Positions 16,499 through 25,660 of a DNA stretch of 64,000 nt are shown in pieces (position 1 is the stretch's first letter; each line of letters opens with the position of its first letter). The stretch lies in the NCBI GenBank assembly GCA_964393035.1, contig CAYMRX010000003.1, forward strand, positions 212,846 to 276,845, written 5' to 3'. Source of the stretch: an uncultured Tabrizicola sp. (GTDB taxonomy: Bacteria; Pseudomonadota; Alphaproteobacteria; Rhodobacterales; Rhodobacteraceae). The translations under genes were made by a program, and so were the position numbers. The notes below the pieces were generated by a model. That model did no database searches. It was not told the origin of the DNA and saw only the letters and a list, made by a program, of their open reading frames with translations.

Positions 16499-17572
16499 CC
16501 CCCAGTCCGCCCCCTGCATTTCACGCAAGCGGCTGGCCGTGCGTTCAAATTCAAAAGCACCCGACCCTTCGAGATACAGCCGCTCCGGCACATCGGCAGC
16601 GGAACAGATCAGCCGCACCTTCGCCTCGTATAGCGCGTCAAGCAGCGTGACGAAGCGTTTGGCCTCGTTGTAATTTTCGGCCGAAAGCTGCGGGATGTCC
16701 TCAAGGATCAGGACACGGACCGCCTGTGCGATCGCCAGATAATCGCCGGGGCCAAGCGGGCGGGAACACAGATCCCAGAAGGTCGCGCGCCCGATACCAT
16801 TGGCAAAGCGCGGCAGGTCAATCGTGCGGCCATTCACCGGCAAAACCAGCGCCATGCCCTGCGCCCCGCCGGTCAGGTCATTCCAGATATTCTGGATCTC
16901 TCCCTTCACCCTGCCCGAGGGGTGGAAATAGACCTGCGCGCCCGCCAGCCGGTGCTGGCGATAGTCATGCGGGCTTTCCAGTTCCACCACCTGCAATTTT
17001 TCGCGCAGCATGGTGATGAAGGGCAGGAAAAGCTGGCGGTTGAGGCCGTTCTTATACAGCTCCTCCGGCGCGCGGTTCGAGGTGGTAACAATAACCACCC
17101 CCGCCGCCATCAGCTTTTCAAACAGGCGCCCGACGATCATCGCATCCGTGATGTCGGTGATCTGCATCTCGTCAAAGGCCAAAAGCCGGATGTCGCGCGA
17201 CACAGCCTCGGCCACGGGGGCCAGCGCATCCTCGACGCCTTGCTTGCGGGCCTCGTGCATGCCCTTGTGGATTTCCTGCATGAAGGCATGAAAATGCACC
17301 CGACGCTTTTGCGTGATGGCGGTGTTTTCTACAAACAGGTCCATCACCATGGACTTGCCGCGCCCCACCCCACCCCATAGGTAAAGCCCCGGCGGCGGTG
17401 TCAGCGGCTTGGCAAACAGCCCGGCAAAGAGGCCGACTTTGCGGGTCGCATTGGCCTCCAGCCAAATGCGCAAGTCTTGCAGGATCGGTAAAACCGCGTG
17501 CTGTGCGGGATCAGGGCGCAGGGCGCCGCTGGCCACTTTGGCATCATAGATTTCGGTCAGGGTTATCTGCAT
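16469..17572 (-). CDS. zapE: AFG1-family ATPase ZapE
   Basis: 367 aa. Walker A GGVGRGKSMVMD and Walker B LLAFDEMQITD. Confidence 0.9.
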   Translation of the reverse strand: MQITLTEIYDAKVASGALRPDPAQHAVLPILQDLRIWLEANATRKVGLFAGLFAKPLTPPPGLYLWGGVGRGKSMVMDLFVENTAITQKRRVHFHAFMQEIHKGMHEARKQGVEDALAPVAEAVSRDIRLLAFDEMQITDITDAMIVGRLFEKLMAAGVVIVTTSNRAPEELYKNGLNRQLFLPFITMLREKLQVVELESPHDYRQHRLAGAQVYFHPSGRVKGEIQNIWNDLTGGAQGMALVLPVNGRTIDLPRFANGIGRATFWDLCSRPLGPGDYLAIAQAVRVLILEDIPQLSAENYNEAKRFVTLLDALYEAKVRLICSAADVPERLYLEGSGAFEFERTASRLREMQGADWGLNAHPAIDG

Positions 17573-17621
17573 ACGATTGTATACCGCACCCTGTTCTGAC
17601 GGGAAAGCCCGACCGCCGCGA

Positions 17622-18233
17622 TCAGCTCTGCTTCAGCGCTGCCGTCAGCGCGTCCACATCGCCCTTTTGCTTGTCCAGCATGGCACCAATCTCGGCCCGC
17701 TCGCTGGCCAGCATGTTCACCCCCTCGATGATGAGGTTGAAGAACCTGAGCGACCCCGATTTGTCCGACACATGCCAACGCAGGTCAAACGGCGCTTCGC
17801 CCTTCAGCCTGGCGATCGAGATCACCTCATAATAGCTTTTCACCGGCTTGGCGTCCGTCACCTCGATGGTGCCGCCGATGAACTCGCGGAAGCGGCGACC
17901 GTATTTGCGGCTGATGTAGCCCTGAAACGCCTTAGTAAAGACCGACATCTGCGCCTTGGAAGCCTGTTTTGCGGCCGGACCAAGAGCCGAACGGGCGATA
18001 ACCGGCACATCGGCGTATTTCGCGAAGATCCGCTCGAAATCACGGATCATCGCGCCTTCGGACTTGCCCGAACTGATGACGGCGTTGATGTCGTTCACGG
18101 CCTTGTCGATCAACGCGCGCGCCTGATCCACCGTCAGCGCGGCGGCCCGCATCGGCAGGGCAAAAGCCACGGTCCCCAAGGCAAGCCCGGCGGCAAAACG
18201 GCGGCGCGAAAGAAGCGAGGTGTCATTCAGCAT
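17622..18233 (-). CDS. mlaC: MlaC/Ttg2D-family periplasmic phospholipid-binding protein
   Basis: 203 aa. Tat/Sec-like leader (SRRRFAAGLALGTVAFALPMRAAA). Family-typical FERIFAKYADVPVIARSALG...F..Y....Y core. Sits downstream of mlaA. Confidence 0.78.
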   Translation of the reverse strand: MLNDTSLLSRRRFAAGLALGTVAFALPMRAAALTVDQARALIDKAVNDINAVISSGKSEGAMIRDFERIFAKYADVPVIARSALGPAAKQASKAQMSVFTKAFQGYISRKYGRRFREFIGGTIEVTDAKPVKSYYEVISIARLKGEAPFDLRWHVSDKSGSLRFFNLIIEGVNMLASERAEIGAMLDKQKGDVDALTAALKQS

Positions 18234-18960
18234 AGGGGTCCTCGTAGGGGTCGACGAAGTCGGCTTCGTCCTCAGTCTGGCCTAGCTGGTGCCGACGGTT
18301 CTGCAAATACAGAAGCCGCGCCTGCGCATAGCTGTCTGCACTCTCATATAGAATGGAATCAACCAATTCGGAATAGCGTCCGCGGTCACCAATTTTTGAA
18401 GCCAGCTTGACACCGGCCACGCCCATCACCTGCGTGCGGTTCAAGTGGTTCAAGGGGTCGATGGCCAGATCAACCACCGATCCGGCCAGATCGCGGGTGG
18501 TCGAAGGCCCCATGAAGGGCACCTCAAGATAGGCACCCTCGCCAAAGCCCCAGACATGCAGGGTTTCCCCGAAATCGGTATCATTTTCGGGCATACCGGC
18601 CGCGGTTGCCACATCGAAGAACCCGCCAAGCCCGAAGATCGTGTTCATGCCAAAGCGCAGGGTGTTTTCGCTGGCTTTGACCAAGCGCAGTTGCAGCAGG
18701 TTGTTGACGATATCCGCCGGCTTGCCAAGGTTCGCAGAGAAATCGCTGATCCGCGTCGCCACATCGCCATTGCCACGGGTCGACAGCGCGACAGGCCGCA
18801 ACGCATGCCGGTCAATCCCCCGGTTGAACAGGTGAATTTGCCGGTTGAACGGCTCGATCGGGTCACGGGTCACCGTCGGCTCACCGGTCGGGGCACAGGC
18901 GGAAACCGTCGCCCCAACAAAGCCGCAAACGAGTGCAAAAGATCGGATGGTCCGGGTCAT
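18223..18960 (-). CDS. mlaA: MlaA/VacJ-family outer-membrane lipoprotein
   Basis: Start at the internal ATG (MTRTIRSFALVCGFVGATVSAC, a lipobox). Conserved DPIEPFNR...FN and NT..G.GG.FDVA motifs. Confidence 0.85.
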   Translation of the reverse strand: MTRTIRSFALVCGFVGATVSACAPTGEPTVTRDPIEPFNRQIHLFNRGIDRHALRPVALSTRGNGDVATRISDFSANLGKPADIVNNLLQLRLVKASENTLRFGMNTIFGLGGFFDVATAAGMPENDTDFGETLHVWGFGEGAYLEVPFMGPSTTRDLAGSVVDLAIDPLNHLNRTQVMGVAGVKLASKIGDRGRYSELVDSILYESADSYAQARLLYLQNRRHQLGQTEDEADFVDPYEDPYAE

Positions 18961-19159
18961 GGATATCAAAAGAGATGGAATCACAGGCTGCATAGGTCTA
19001 GGGTCTGCCCGAGCCAACCTTGCACAGGCTGACACCGGGAATGGCAATGGATAAGCGCAGGTCAAGGGCAAGACAACGGCCAAAAGTGACCAACAGGTGA
19101 CGCAAGACATTTTACGCCGACGCCCTTGTGGCGGATGCGACATTTAGTCAGGGGGACTT

Positions 19160-20896
19160 ATGTCTCAAAGTGAATTCGCTCGGGGTTATGCCGAGCTGCG
19201 GGCCGCACGGTCCGACCAGATCAAGTTGTTCTGGGCCGTTGGCATGTTTTCCGTGCTGGTCAACATCCTGATGCTGACCGGCCCGCTCTATATGCTGCAA
19301 GTCTATGACAGGATATTGGGCAGCCGGTCCGAGGCGACGCTGGTCGCGCTGTCGCTTTTGGTGACATTCCTGTTCCTTGCGATGGGGCTTTTGGACCATG
19401 CCCGCAGCCGCATCATGGCGCGCATCGGCGCCGCCATGCAGGACAGGTTGGACCATCGCGTCTTTGCCGCCGCGATGAAGCGGCTGGCCCTTGCCCCGAC
19501 CGACCCGGTGGGCCTTGCCGCGCAGCGCGATCTGGAAGCCGTGCAGCGGCTCTGGGCCTCGCCGGTGTTGATGTCGATTTTCGATATCCCCTTCACCCCG
19601 TTCTTCATTGCCGCCATCTTTGTCTTTCACCCGCTCTTGGGCTGGCTCGCCGTTAGCGGCGGGGTGTTTCTCATTGTTATCACCGTGCTGAACCAGCGCC
19701 TGACGCAAGCCCCGATCAACCGCACCAATGGCCTTGCGCTGCAAGCAGAACGCATGTCCGATCTCATCAAGACCGAGGCCGAGGCCGTGCAGGCCCTTGG
19801 CATGACGGGGGCCGCCTTTCAGCGCTGGCAAAAGGCGCGGGGTGCCGCCTTGGCCGAAGGGCTGAAGGCCGGAGATGTTGGGGGGCGTTTCGGCTCCATT
19901 TCCAAGACATTCCGCATCTTCCTGCAATCTGCGATGCTGGGCCTTGGCGCTTGGCTGGTGTTGAAAGGACAGTTGTCCTCTGGCGCCATGATCGCAGGGT
20001 CCATCCTGATGGGACGGGCGCTGCAACCCATCGAACAGGCGGTTGGCCAATGGGCCGTGGTCACCCGCGCCCAGGAAGGCACCGCACGGCTGGCCGAACT
20101 GCTGTCGCGCGTGCCACCTGAACCCCCACGCACCGCCCTGCCGCGCCCGCGCGCCATTCTGGATGTGCAATCGCTGTCGGTCGTGCCCCCCGGTGAGACG
20201 CAGGCCGTGCTGCGCGGCGTCACCTTCCAATTGGGCGAGGGGCAGGCCTTGGGCATCATCGGTCCCTCGGGGGCAGGCAAATCCACGCTGGCACGGGCGA
20301 TCATCGGGGTCTGGCGCCCTGCGGCGGGCAAGATCCGGCTGGATGGTGCTGCCCTTGACCAATACGACCCGGACGTTCTGGGCGGCTACATCGGCTATCT
20401 GCCGCAACGCGTGACTCTGTTTGAGGGCACCATCGCCGAAAACATCGCCCGCCTGCAACCAAGGGCCGACAGCGCCAAGATTGTCGAGGCGGCCCAAAAA
20501 GCCGCCGCGCATGACATGATCCTGCGGCTTCCCGATGGCTATGACACGCGGGTTTCCACCCTTGGCGGGCGGCTCTCGGGTGGGCAGATCCAGCGCATCG
20601 GGTTGGCCCGCGCCCTTTATGACAACCCGGTGCTGCTGGTTCTGGACGAGCCGAACTCGAACCTCGACAATGATGGCACCATGGCGCTGAACATTGCCAT
20701 CCGCAGCATCAAGGCTGCAGGGGGTTCGGTCATCATCATGGCCCACCGCCCGGCTGCCATTCAGGAATGCGACCTCTTGTTGGTGGTGGAGGAAGGGATG
20801 CGCCGCGCCTTTGGCCCGCGCGATCAGGTGTTGAAGGAAATGGTCAAGAACCACACGGATATTGTCCGCTCCGCCGGGCCGGGGGGCGTGTCATGA
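19160..20896 (+). CDS. Type I secretion system ABC permease/ATPase (PrtD/AprD/HasD type, no C39 peptidase domain)
   Basis: 578 aa. N-terminal TMD with LYMLQVYDRIL. Walker A GPSGAGKST, LSGGQ, Walker B LLVLDEP. Confidence 0.9.
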   Translation: MSQSEFARGYAELRAARSDQIKLFWAVGMFSVLVNILMLTGPLYMLQVYDRILGSRSEATLVALSLLVTFLFLAMGLLDHARSRIMARIGAAMQDRLDHRVFAAAMKRLALAPTDPVGLAAQRDLEAVQRLWASPVLMSIFDIPFTPFFIAAIFVFHPLLGWLAVSGGVFLIVITVLNQRLTQAPINRTNGLALQAERMSDLIKTEAEAVQALGMTGAAFQRWQKARGAALAEGLKAGDVGGRFGSISKTFRIFLQSAMLGLGAWLVLKGQLSSGAMIAGSILMGRALQPIEQAVGQWAVVTRAQEGTARLAELLSRVPPEPPRTALPRPRAILDVQSLSVVPPGETQAVLRGVTFQLGEGQALGIIGPSGAGKSTLARAIIGVWRPAAGKIRLDGAALDQYDPDVLGGYIGYLPQRVTLFEGTIAENIARLQPRADSAKIVEAAQKAAAHDMILRLPDGYDTRVSTLGGRLSGGQIQRIGLARALYDNPVLLVLDEPNSNLDNDGTMALNIAIRSIKAAGGSVIIMAHRPAAIQECDLLLVVEEGMRRAFGPRDQVLKEMVKNHTDIVRSAGPGGVS

Positions 20897-22299
20897 GCTT
20901 GTTGCGCAAAAAACCTGATGCCGCGACCGCGACGCCAAAAACCGCCCATCTTCCGGCAAAAGCGGGCGGGGACGCCCCGCCCCGCCCCCCGACCGAGGCC
21001 GAAGTGGCCCGCCTTTTGTCGGCCCGCCCCTCGGTGCTGATGGGCAGCATCACCGCCGCCGTTCTGGTTTTCGGCTTTGGCCTGTGGTCGGTGCTGACCG
21101 AAATCTCGGGCGCGATCGTTGCCTCGGGCCAGTTGGAGGTGTCGCAAAACCGTCAGATCGTGCAGCACCCGGATGGCGGCGTGGTGGCCGAGATTGCTGT
21201 GAAAGAGGCGCAAACCGTCAAGGCGGGCGACCTTTTGATCCGGCTGGATGGCGCGCTTGTGAAATCCGAATTGGCCATCGTTGAGGGCCAGTTGTTTGAA
21301 GTCATGGCGCGCTCTGCCCGGCTGGAGGCCGAACGTGACGATGCCGCCGCGCCGGTATTTTCCGGCGAAATCGCCGACCTTGCCAAAACCAACCCCGAGG
21401 TGGCCGGCCTGATCAAAGGCCAGCACAGCCTGTTCATCGCCCGCCGTGACACGGTTTTGAAACAATCGGAACAGTTGCAAAAACGCTCTGCCCAGATCGC
21501 CGCCCAGATCGAGGGGGTCGATGCCCAAGTGAAATCGCTCAGCGAACAACTTGCCCTGATCGAACAAGAGCTGAAAGACCAGCGCACCCTGCTGGAAAAG
21601 GGTCTTGCGCAATCGTCGCGCGTTTTGGCGCTGGAACGCGAGGCCTCGCGCCTGCAAGGCTCGGTTGGGGAATTGCAATCCTCGCGCGCGCAGGCCGAGG
21701 GGCGGGCAACGGAGGTGGAACTGGAAGTGCTGCGCCTTGCGGCAGTCCGCCGTGAGGAGGCCAACACACAATTGCGCGACATCGGGGCCAAGATGTTGGA
21801 ACTGGCCGAACGCCGCCGCGCCCTGACCGAACAAATCAACCGGCTGGAGATTCGCGCGCCCGTCTCGGGCACCGTGCTTGGCCTTGCGGTGACGACGCCG
21901 CGGTCGGTGATCCGCCCGGCCGATCCCTTGTTGTATCTCATCCCGCAGGACCGGCCTTTGGTCATCAATGCGCAGGTGCAAACCATCCATATCGACGAGG
22001 TTCACGTCGGCCAGAAAGTGCGCCTGATGTTCCCGGCCTTCTCTGCCCGGACCACACCGGAAACCTTTGGCCATGTGGTGTCGATCTCGGCGGATGCCTT
22101 GGTGGATGAACGCACCCAGATCGCATATTACAAGGCCGAAATCGTGCTGGACGCCGGCGAGTTGGAACGGCTGCAAGGGCTGACGCTGGTACCCGGCATG
22201 CCGGTGGAAGCCTTTATCGAAACCGGTGCGCGCAGCCCGATGGCCTATCTCCTCAAGCCCTTCACCGATTACTTCAGCGCCGCATTCCGCGAAAGCTGA
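20893..22299 (+). CDS. Type I secretion membrane fusion protein (HlyD/PrtE family)
   Basis: Start at the internal ATG (MSLLRKKPD), with an ATGA overlap onto the ABC gene. One N-terminal TM, a long coiled-coil and a C-terminal beta-barrel with the LKPF tail motif. Confidence 0.9.
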   Translation: MSLLRKKPDAATATPKTAHLPAKAGGDAPPRPPTEAEVARLLSARPSVLMGSITAAVLVFGFGLWSVLTEISGAIVASGQLEVSQNRQIVQHPDGGVVAEIAVKEAQTVKAGDLLIRLDGALVKSELAIVEGQLFEVMARSARLEAERDDAAAPVFSGEIADLAKTNPEVAGLIKGQHSLFIARRDTVLKQSEQLQKRSAQIAAQIEGVDAQVKSLSEQLALIEQELKDQRTLLEKGLAQSSRVLALEREASRLQGSVGELQSSRAQAEGRATEVELEVLRLAAVRREEANTQLRDIGAKMLELAERRRALTEQINRLEIRAPVSGTVLGLAVTTPRSVIRPADPLLYLIPQDRPLVINAQVQTIHIDEVHVGQKVRLMFPAFSARTTPETFGHVVSISADALVDERTQIAYYKAEIVLDAGELERLQGLTLVPGMPVEAFIETGARSPMAYLLKPFTDYFSAAFRES

Positions 22300-22322
22300 A
22301 CGGGGCGGGCACAGCGCAAAAG

Positions 22323-22356
22323 AAGGCGGGGCTATACAGGCCCCGCCTTTTCCTTT
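22323..22356 (+). terminator. Rho-independent terminator after the T1SS pair
   Basis: A 10-bp perfect stem AAGGCGGGGC / GCCCCGCCTT with the 7-nt loop TATACAG, followed by TTTCCTTTAT. Confidence 0.8.
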
Positions 22357-22483
22357 ATGGGCCGCGGATCGGCGCAAGCATCCTATGGCGCAGCGACGGG
22401 CAGGGAGGCCCGGCTGCCATATAAGGGGAAAGGTGCCGGACTGGTATCTCGGGCAACTGAACGCCCCCCTTTTGGAAAAGAAC

Positions 22484-24826
22484 ATGCAAGATCTGAATAT
22501 CGCCGCGCCCCTCGCGGCGGCCCTGTCCGCCCGTGGCTATGCCTCGCTGACCCCCGTGCAAGAGGCCGTTCTGGCCGATGGCGTCGCGGGCCGTGATGCG
22601 CTGGTGTCGGCCCAGACCGGCTCGGGCAAAACCGTCGCCTTTGGTCTGGCCATTGCGCCGGAAATCCTGAACGGCGCGGATCAACTGCTGTATGCCGATG
22701 TGCCCGCAGCCCTCATCATCGCCCCCACCCGCGAACTGGCCCAACAGGTCGCGCGCGAGTTGGAATGGCTCTATGGTCCCGCCGGGGCCAAGCTGGCCAC
22801 CTGCGTCGGCGGCATGGATTACCGCACCGAAAAGCGCGCGCTGGATCGTGGCGCGCATATCGTTGTCGGCACGCCCGGCCGTCTGCGTGATCATATTGAA
22901 CGCGGCAGTCTTGATCTGTCGGGCATTCAGGCCGTGGTGCTGGATGAGGCGGATGAGATGCTCGACCTCGGCTTTGCCGAAGATCTGGAATTCATCCTCG
23001 CCGCCGCGCCGGAAACCCGCCGCACGCTGATGTTCTCGGCCACAGTGCCGCAGGAAATCGCCAAGCTGGCGCAGACCTTCCAGAAAGACGCGCTGCGGAT
23101 CGTGGCGCAGGGCGAGGCCAAGCAGCACTCCGACATCGAATATCGCGGCATCTCGGTGGCCGTGCGCGACCGCGAACATGCGATCTTCAACATCCTGCGC
23201 TTTTACGAGGCCCGCACGGCGATTGTGTTCTGCAAGACCCGTGCCAATGTGAACCACCTTCTGGCGCGCATGGGCAACCGCGGTTTTCAGGTTGTGGCGC
23301 TGTCGGGCGAGCTTTCCCAGACCGAACGCATGCACGCCCTGCAAGCCCTGCGCGATGGCCGTGCACGGGTCTGTATTGCCACCGACGTTGCCGCGCGCGG
23401 GATTGACCTGCCGGGGCTGGAACTGGTGATCCACGCCGATCTGCCGCAAAATTCCGAAACGCTGCTGCACCGCTCGGGCCGCACCGGGCGCGCAGGCAAA
23501 AAGGGCGTCTCGGCCCTGATCGCAGCACCTTCGGAATTCCGCAAGGCACAGCGCCTGTTGCAAGGCGCCAAGGTTGTCGCCGAATGGGGCCCCGCCCCCA
23601 GCGCCGACGATGTGCAGGCCAAGGACGATTTGCGGATTCTCGAACACCCCGCGCTTGGCACTGCCCCCGGCGACGAAGCAACGATGGCCGAAACCCTGTT
23701 GACCCGCTTTGGTGCCGAACAGGTCGCCGCCGCCTTTGTGCGGATGTGGCGCGAAGGCCGCTCGGCCCCCGAGGTGCTGTCCGACGCCCTGCCGCCGTCG
23801 GAACCCCGCGCACCGCGCGAACGTGGCGAGTTCGGCCCCTCCACCTGGTTCAAGCTCTCGGTCGGCCATACCGGTCGCGCCGAAGCCCGCTGGCTTTTGC
23901 CGAAAATCTGCGAGGCAGGCGGGATTGCCCGCGACAGCATCGGCGCAATCCGCGTGCAGCAGGATGAAACCTTTGTGCAGATCGCACAGGCGGTTGCCGG
24001 GCGTTTCCCGGATGCGCAGGAATTGGAATCCGGCCTGAGCATGGAAAAGATCGCCGGAGAGCCGAACCTTGAGCGCCCCGAGCGCGCGCCCCGTGGAGAC
24101 TCTCGTGGCGCCCCGGCCGCGCGCCCACCGCGTGCGCCGCGCGCTGAAAAGCCGGTCTATACGCCCAAACCCTCGCGCTTTGTCGAGGACGAGGCCGACA
24201 GCCCCGCCCGCCCGCCGCGCGCCCCGCGTGAGGAAAGCGAGCGCAAGCCCTACGCCCCGCGTGAAGCGGCCGAACGCAAGCCTTATGCCAAACGCGAAGA
24301 TGGCCCGCGCAAGCCTTACACCCCGCGCGAAGACAGTGACCGCAAGCCCTATGCCAAACGCGATGACGCCGCCCCGCGCCCCTATGCCAAGCGCAGCGAC
24401 GACGGGGCCAAGCCCTATGCCAAGCGTGAGGATGGCCCGCGCAAACCTTATGCCCCGCGTGAGGATGGCGAGCGCAAGCCGCGTTGGGGGGCTGGCGACA
24501 AGCCCGCGCCGAAATCGGCAGGCTACAAATCACATGGCGGTTCTGCCGACCGCCCGGCCCGTGCCGAAGGCTTCAAAAGCCACCGCTCTGATGCCCCGTC
24601 CAAGCCGCGCGGCGACAGCTTTGGCGAAGAAAAGCGCCCCTACGCCCCCCGCAAGGATGGCGCGGATGCCCGGCCCTTTGCCAAGAAATCCGGCCCGGTA
24701 AAGGCCGCAGGTTTCAAAAGCCACGGCGCCGAGGGCAAAAAACCCTTTGCCAAGGCCAAACCTGCCGCACCCAGAACCGATGCGCGCGATACCTCCAAGC
24801 GGTTCGTGCCGCCGAAGAAGAAGTAA
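22484..24826 (+). CDS. DEAD-box ATP-dependent RNA helicase with DbpA-like RNA-binding domain and a long basic repetitive C-terminal tail
   Basis: Start at the internal ATG (MQDLNIAAPL). Motifs AQTGSGKT, DEAD (VLDEADEML), SAT, HRSGRTGRAG. The DbpA-like segment is WFKLSVGHTGRAEARWLLPKICEAGGI. Confidence 0.92.
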   Translation: MQDLNIAAPLAAALSARGYASLTPVQEAVLADGVAGRDALVSAQTGSGKTVAFGLAIAPEILNGADQLLYADVPAALIIAPTRELAQQVARELEWLYGPAGAKLATCVGGMDYRTEKRALDRGAHIVVGTPGRLRDHIERGSLDLSGIQAVVLDEADEMLDLGFAEDLEFILAAAPETRRTLMFSATVPQEIAKLAQTFQKDALRIVAQGEAKQHSDIEYRGISVAVRDREHAIFNILRFYEARTAIVFCKTRANVNHLLARMGNRGFQVVALSGELSQTERMHALQALRDGRARVCIATDVAARGIDLPGLELVIHADLPQNSETLLHRSGRTGRAGKKGVSALIAAPSEFRKAQRLLQGAKVVAEWGPAPSADDVQAKDDLRILEHPALGTAPGDEATMAETLLTRFGAEQVAAAFVRMWREGRSAPEVLSDALPPSEPRAPRERGEFGPSTWFKLSVGHTGRAEARWLLPKICEAGGIARDSIGAIRVQQDETFVQIAQAVAGRFPDAQELESGLSMEKIAGEPNLERPERAPRGDSRGAPAARPPRAPRAEKPVYTPKPSRFVEDEADSPARPPRAPREESERKPYAPREAAERKPYAKREDGPRKPYTPREDSDRKPYAKRDDAAPRPYAKRSDDGAKPYAKREDGPRKPYAPREDGERKPRWGAGDKPAPKSAGYKSHGGSADRPARAEGFKSHRSDAPSKPRGDSFGEEKRPYAPRKDGADARPFAKKSGPVKAAGFKSHGAEGKKPFAKAKPAAPRTDARDTSKRFVPPKKK
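24239..24487 (+). repeat. Seven and a half tandem copies of a 33-nt (11-aa) in-frame repeat, consensus xRKPYA(K/P)RED(G/x), inside the helicase tail
   Basis: Read directly from the sequence: GAGCGCAAGCCCTACGCCCCGCGTGAAGCGGCC / GAACGCAAGCCTTATGCCAAACGCGAAGATGGC / CCGCGCAAGCCTTACACC..., and so on. The period is exactly 33 nt and in frame with the CDS. Confidence 0.85.
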
Positions 24827-24837
24827 GCAAGAACCGC

Positions 24838-24880
24838 TGCCCCCCTGTCACCCCCCTCCGTGGGGAGGGGCTGGGGGGGC
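24838..24880. terminator. Composite GC hairpin between convergent genes (probable bidirectional terminator)
   Basis: Outer 8-bp stem GCCCCCCC (24838-45) / GGGGGGGC (24873-80). Inner 7-bp stem CCCCTCC (24853-59) / GGAGGGG (24864-70). Located between the helicase stop (24826) and the minus-strand stop (24887). Confidence 0.5.
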
Positions 24881-24886
24881 CGCCTG

Positions 24887-25660
24887 TCAGGGTCTGAACT
24901 CTGCCAGAATGCCGCGATGAACGCCCGGCGGCGCGACCAGAACACCCGCCGTCTTTGCACCGCGTGAATTGAACCGCAACGGCCCGCCATTGCGGTCACT
25001 GACCGCCGCCCCGGCCCGCGCAGCAATCAGGCTGCCCGCCGCAATATCCCATTCCCAGGCGTCGCGGGTCGAGATCATGCCGTCAAAGGCCCCTTCGGCC
25101 ACCAGACACAACCGATACGCGATCGAGGACCGGAAGCTGCGCTTCAGGTCCGGCGGCGGTTGCCGCCAATGCTCCGGTGCCAGAAAGCTTTTGGACATCA
25201 AGAGGTTCGCCCCATCAAGCTGAGCGCGATCTCCACACGTGATGACTTCTCCGTTGCACAGTGCTGGGCCATCATCACTGGCGCTGTAAAGCCGATCCAG
25301 CGCGGGCAAATAGATCGCACCGGCAATGACCCTACCCCTGTCGGCCACAGCAATCGACACGGCAAAGTGTTTTTCACCCGCGATAAAGGCCCGTGTGCCG
25401 TCGATAGGGTCCAGAATAAACACGCGTTCACAGTCAAGACGCGCCGGGTCATCCGGGGTTTCTTCGGACAGCCAGCCATAGCCCGGTCGCGCCGCCTGTA
25501 GCCGCGTGGTGAGCATTTCGTTCACCGCCAGATCGGCTTCGGTCACCGGGCCAAGGCCCGGTTTTTCCCAGACCTGCGGGTCTGCCCGCCAATAGCGCAG
25601 TGTGATCGCGCCAGCCGCACGGGCCGCCTCGGCGATCAGGGCAAGGTCAGGCCCCGGCAA
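24887..25660 (-). CDS. Inositol monophosphatase-family phosphatase (IMPase/CysQ-like)
   Basis: 257 aa. Motifs WLSEE, FILDPIDGTRAF, WEWDIAAG. The apparent start is TTG and overlaps the pmbA 3' end, so the start is uncertain. Confidence 0.82.
   Translation of the reverse strand: MPGPDLALIAEAARAAGAITLRYWRADPQVWEKPGLGPVTEADLAVNEMLTTRLQAARPGYGWLSEETPDDPARLDCERVFILDPIDGTRAFIAGEKHFAVSIAVADRGRVIAGAIYLPALDRLYSASDDGPALCNGEVITCGDRAQLDGANLLMSKSFLAPEHWRQPPPDLKRSFRSSIAYRLCLVAEGAFDGMISTRDAWEWDIAAGSLIAARAGAAVSDRNGGPLRFNSRGAKTAGVLVAPPGVHRGILAEFRP

Noticed and set aside
18959-19054. 31-aa ORF (MDIKRDGITGCIGLGSARANLAQADTGNGNG) just upstream of the T1SS ABC gene, considered as a possible Gly-rich secreted peptide
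   Set aside because: It has no convincing RBS and its ATG overlaps the divergent mlaA start. The T1SS ABC protein lacks the C39 peptidase domain needed for double-glycine peptide export, and one GNGNG tail is not an RTX repeat. It would need conservation or translation evidence.
19148-22485. 568-aa and 553-aa minus-strand ORFs opposite the T1SS genes
   Set aside because: They are antisense to the ABC and HlyD genes, which carry Walker and signature motifs. Their composition is low-complexity and Arg/Gly/His-rich, with no motifs. I treat them as shadow ORFs.
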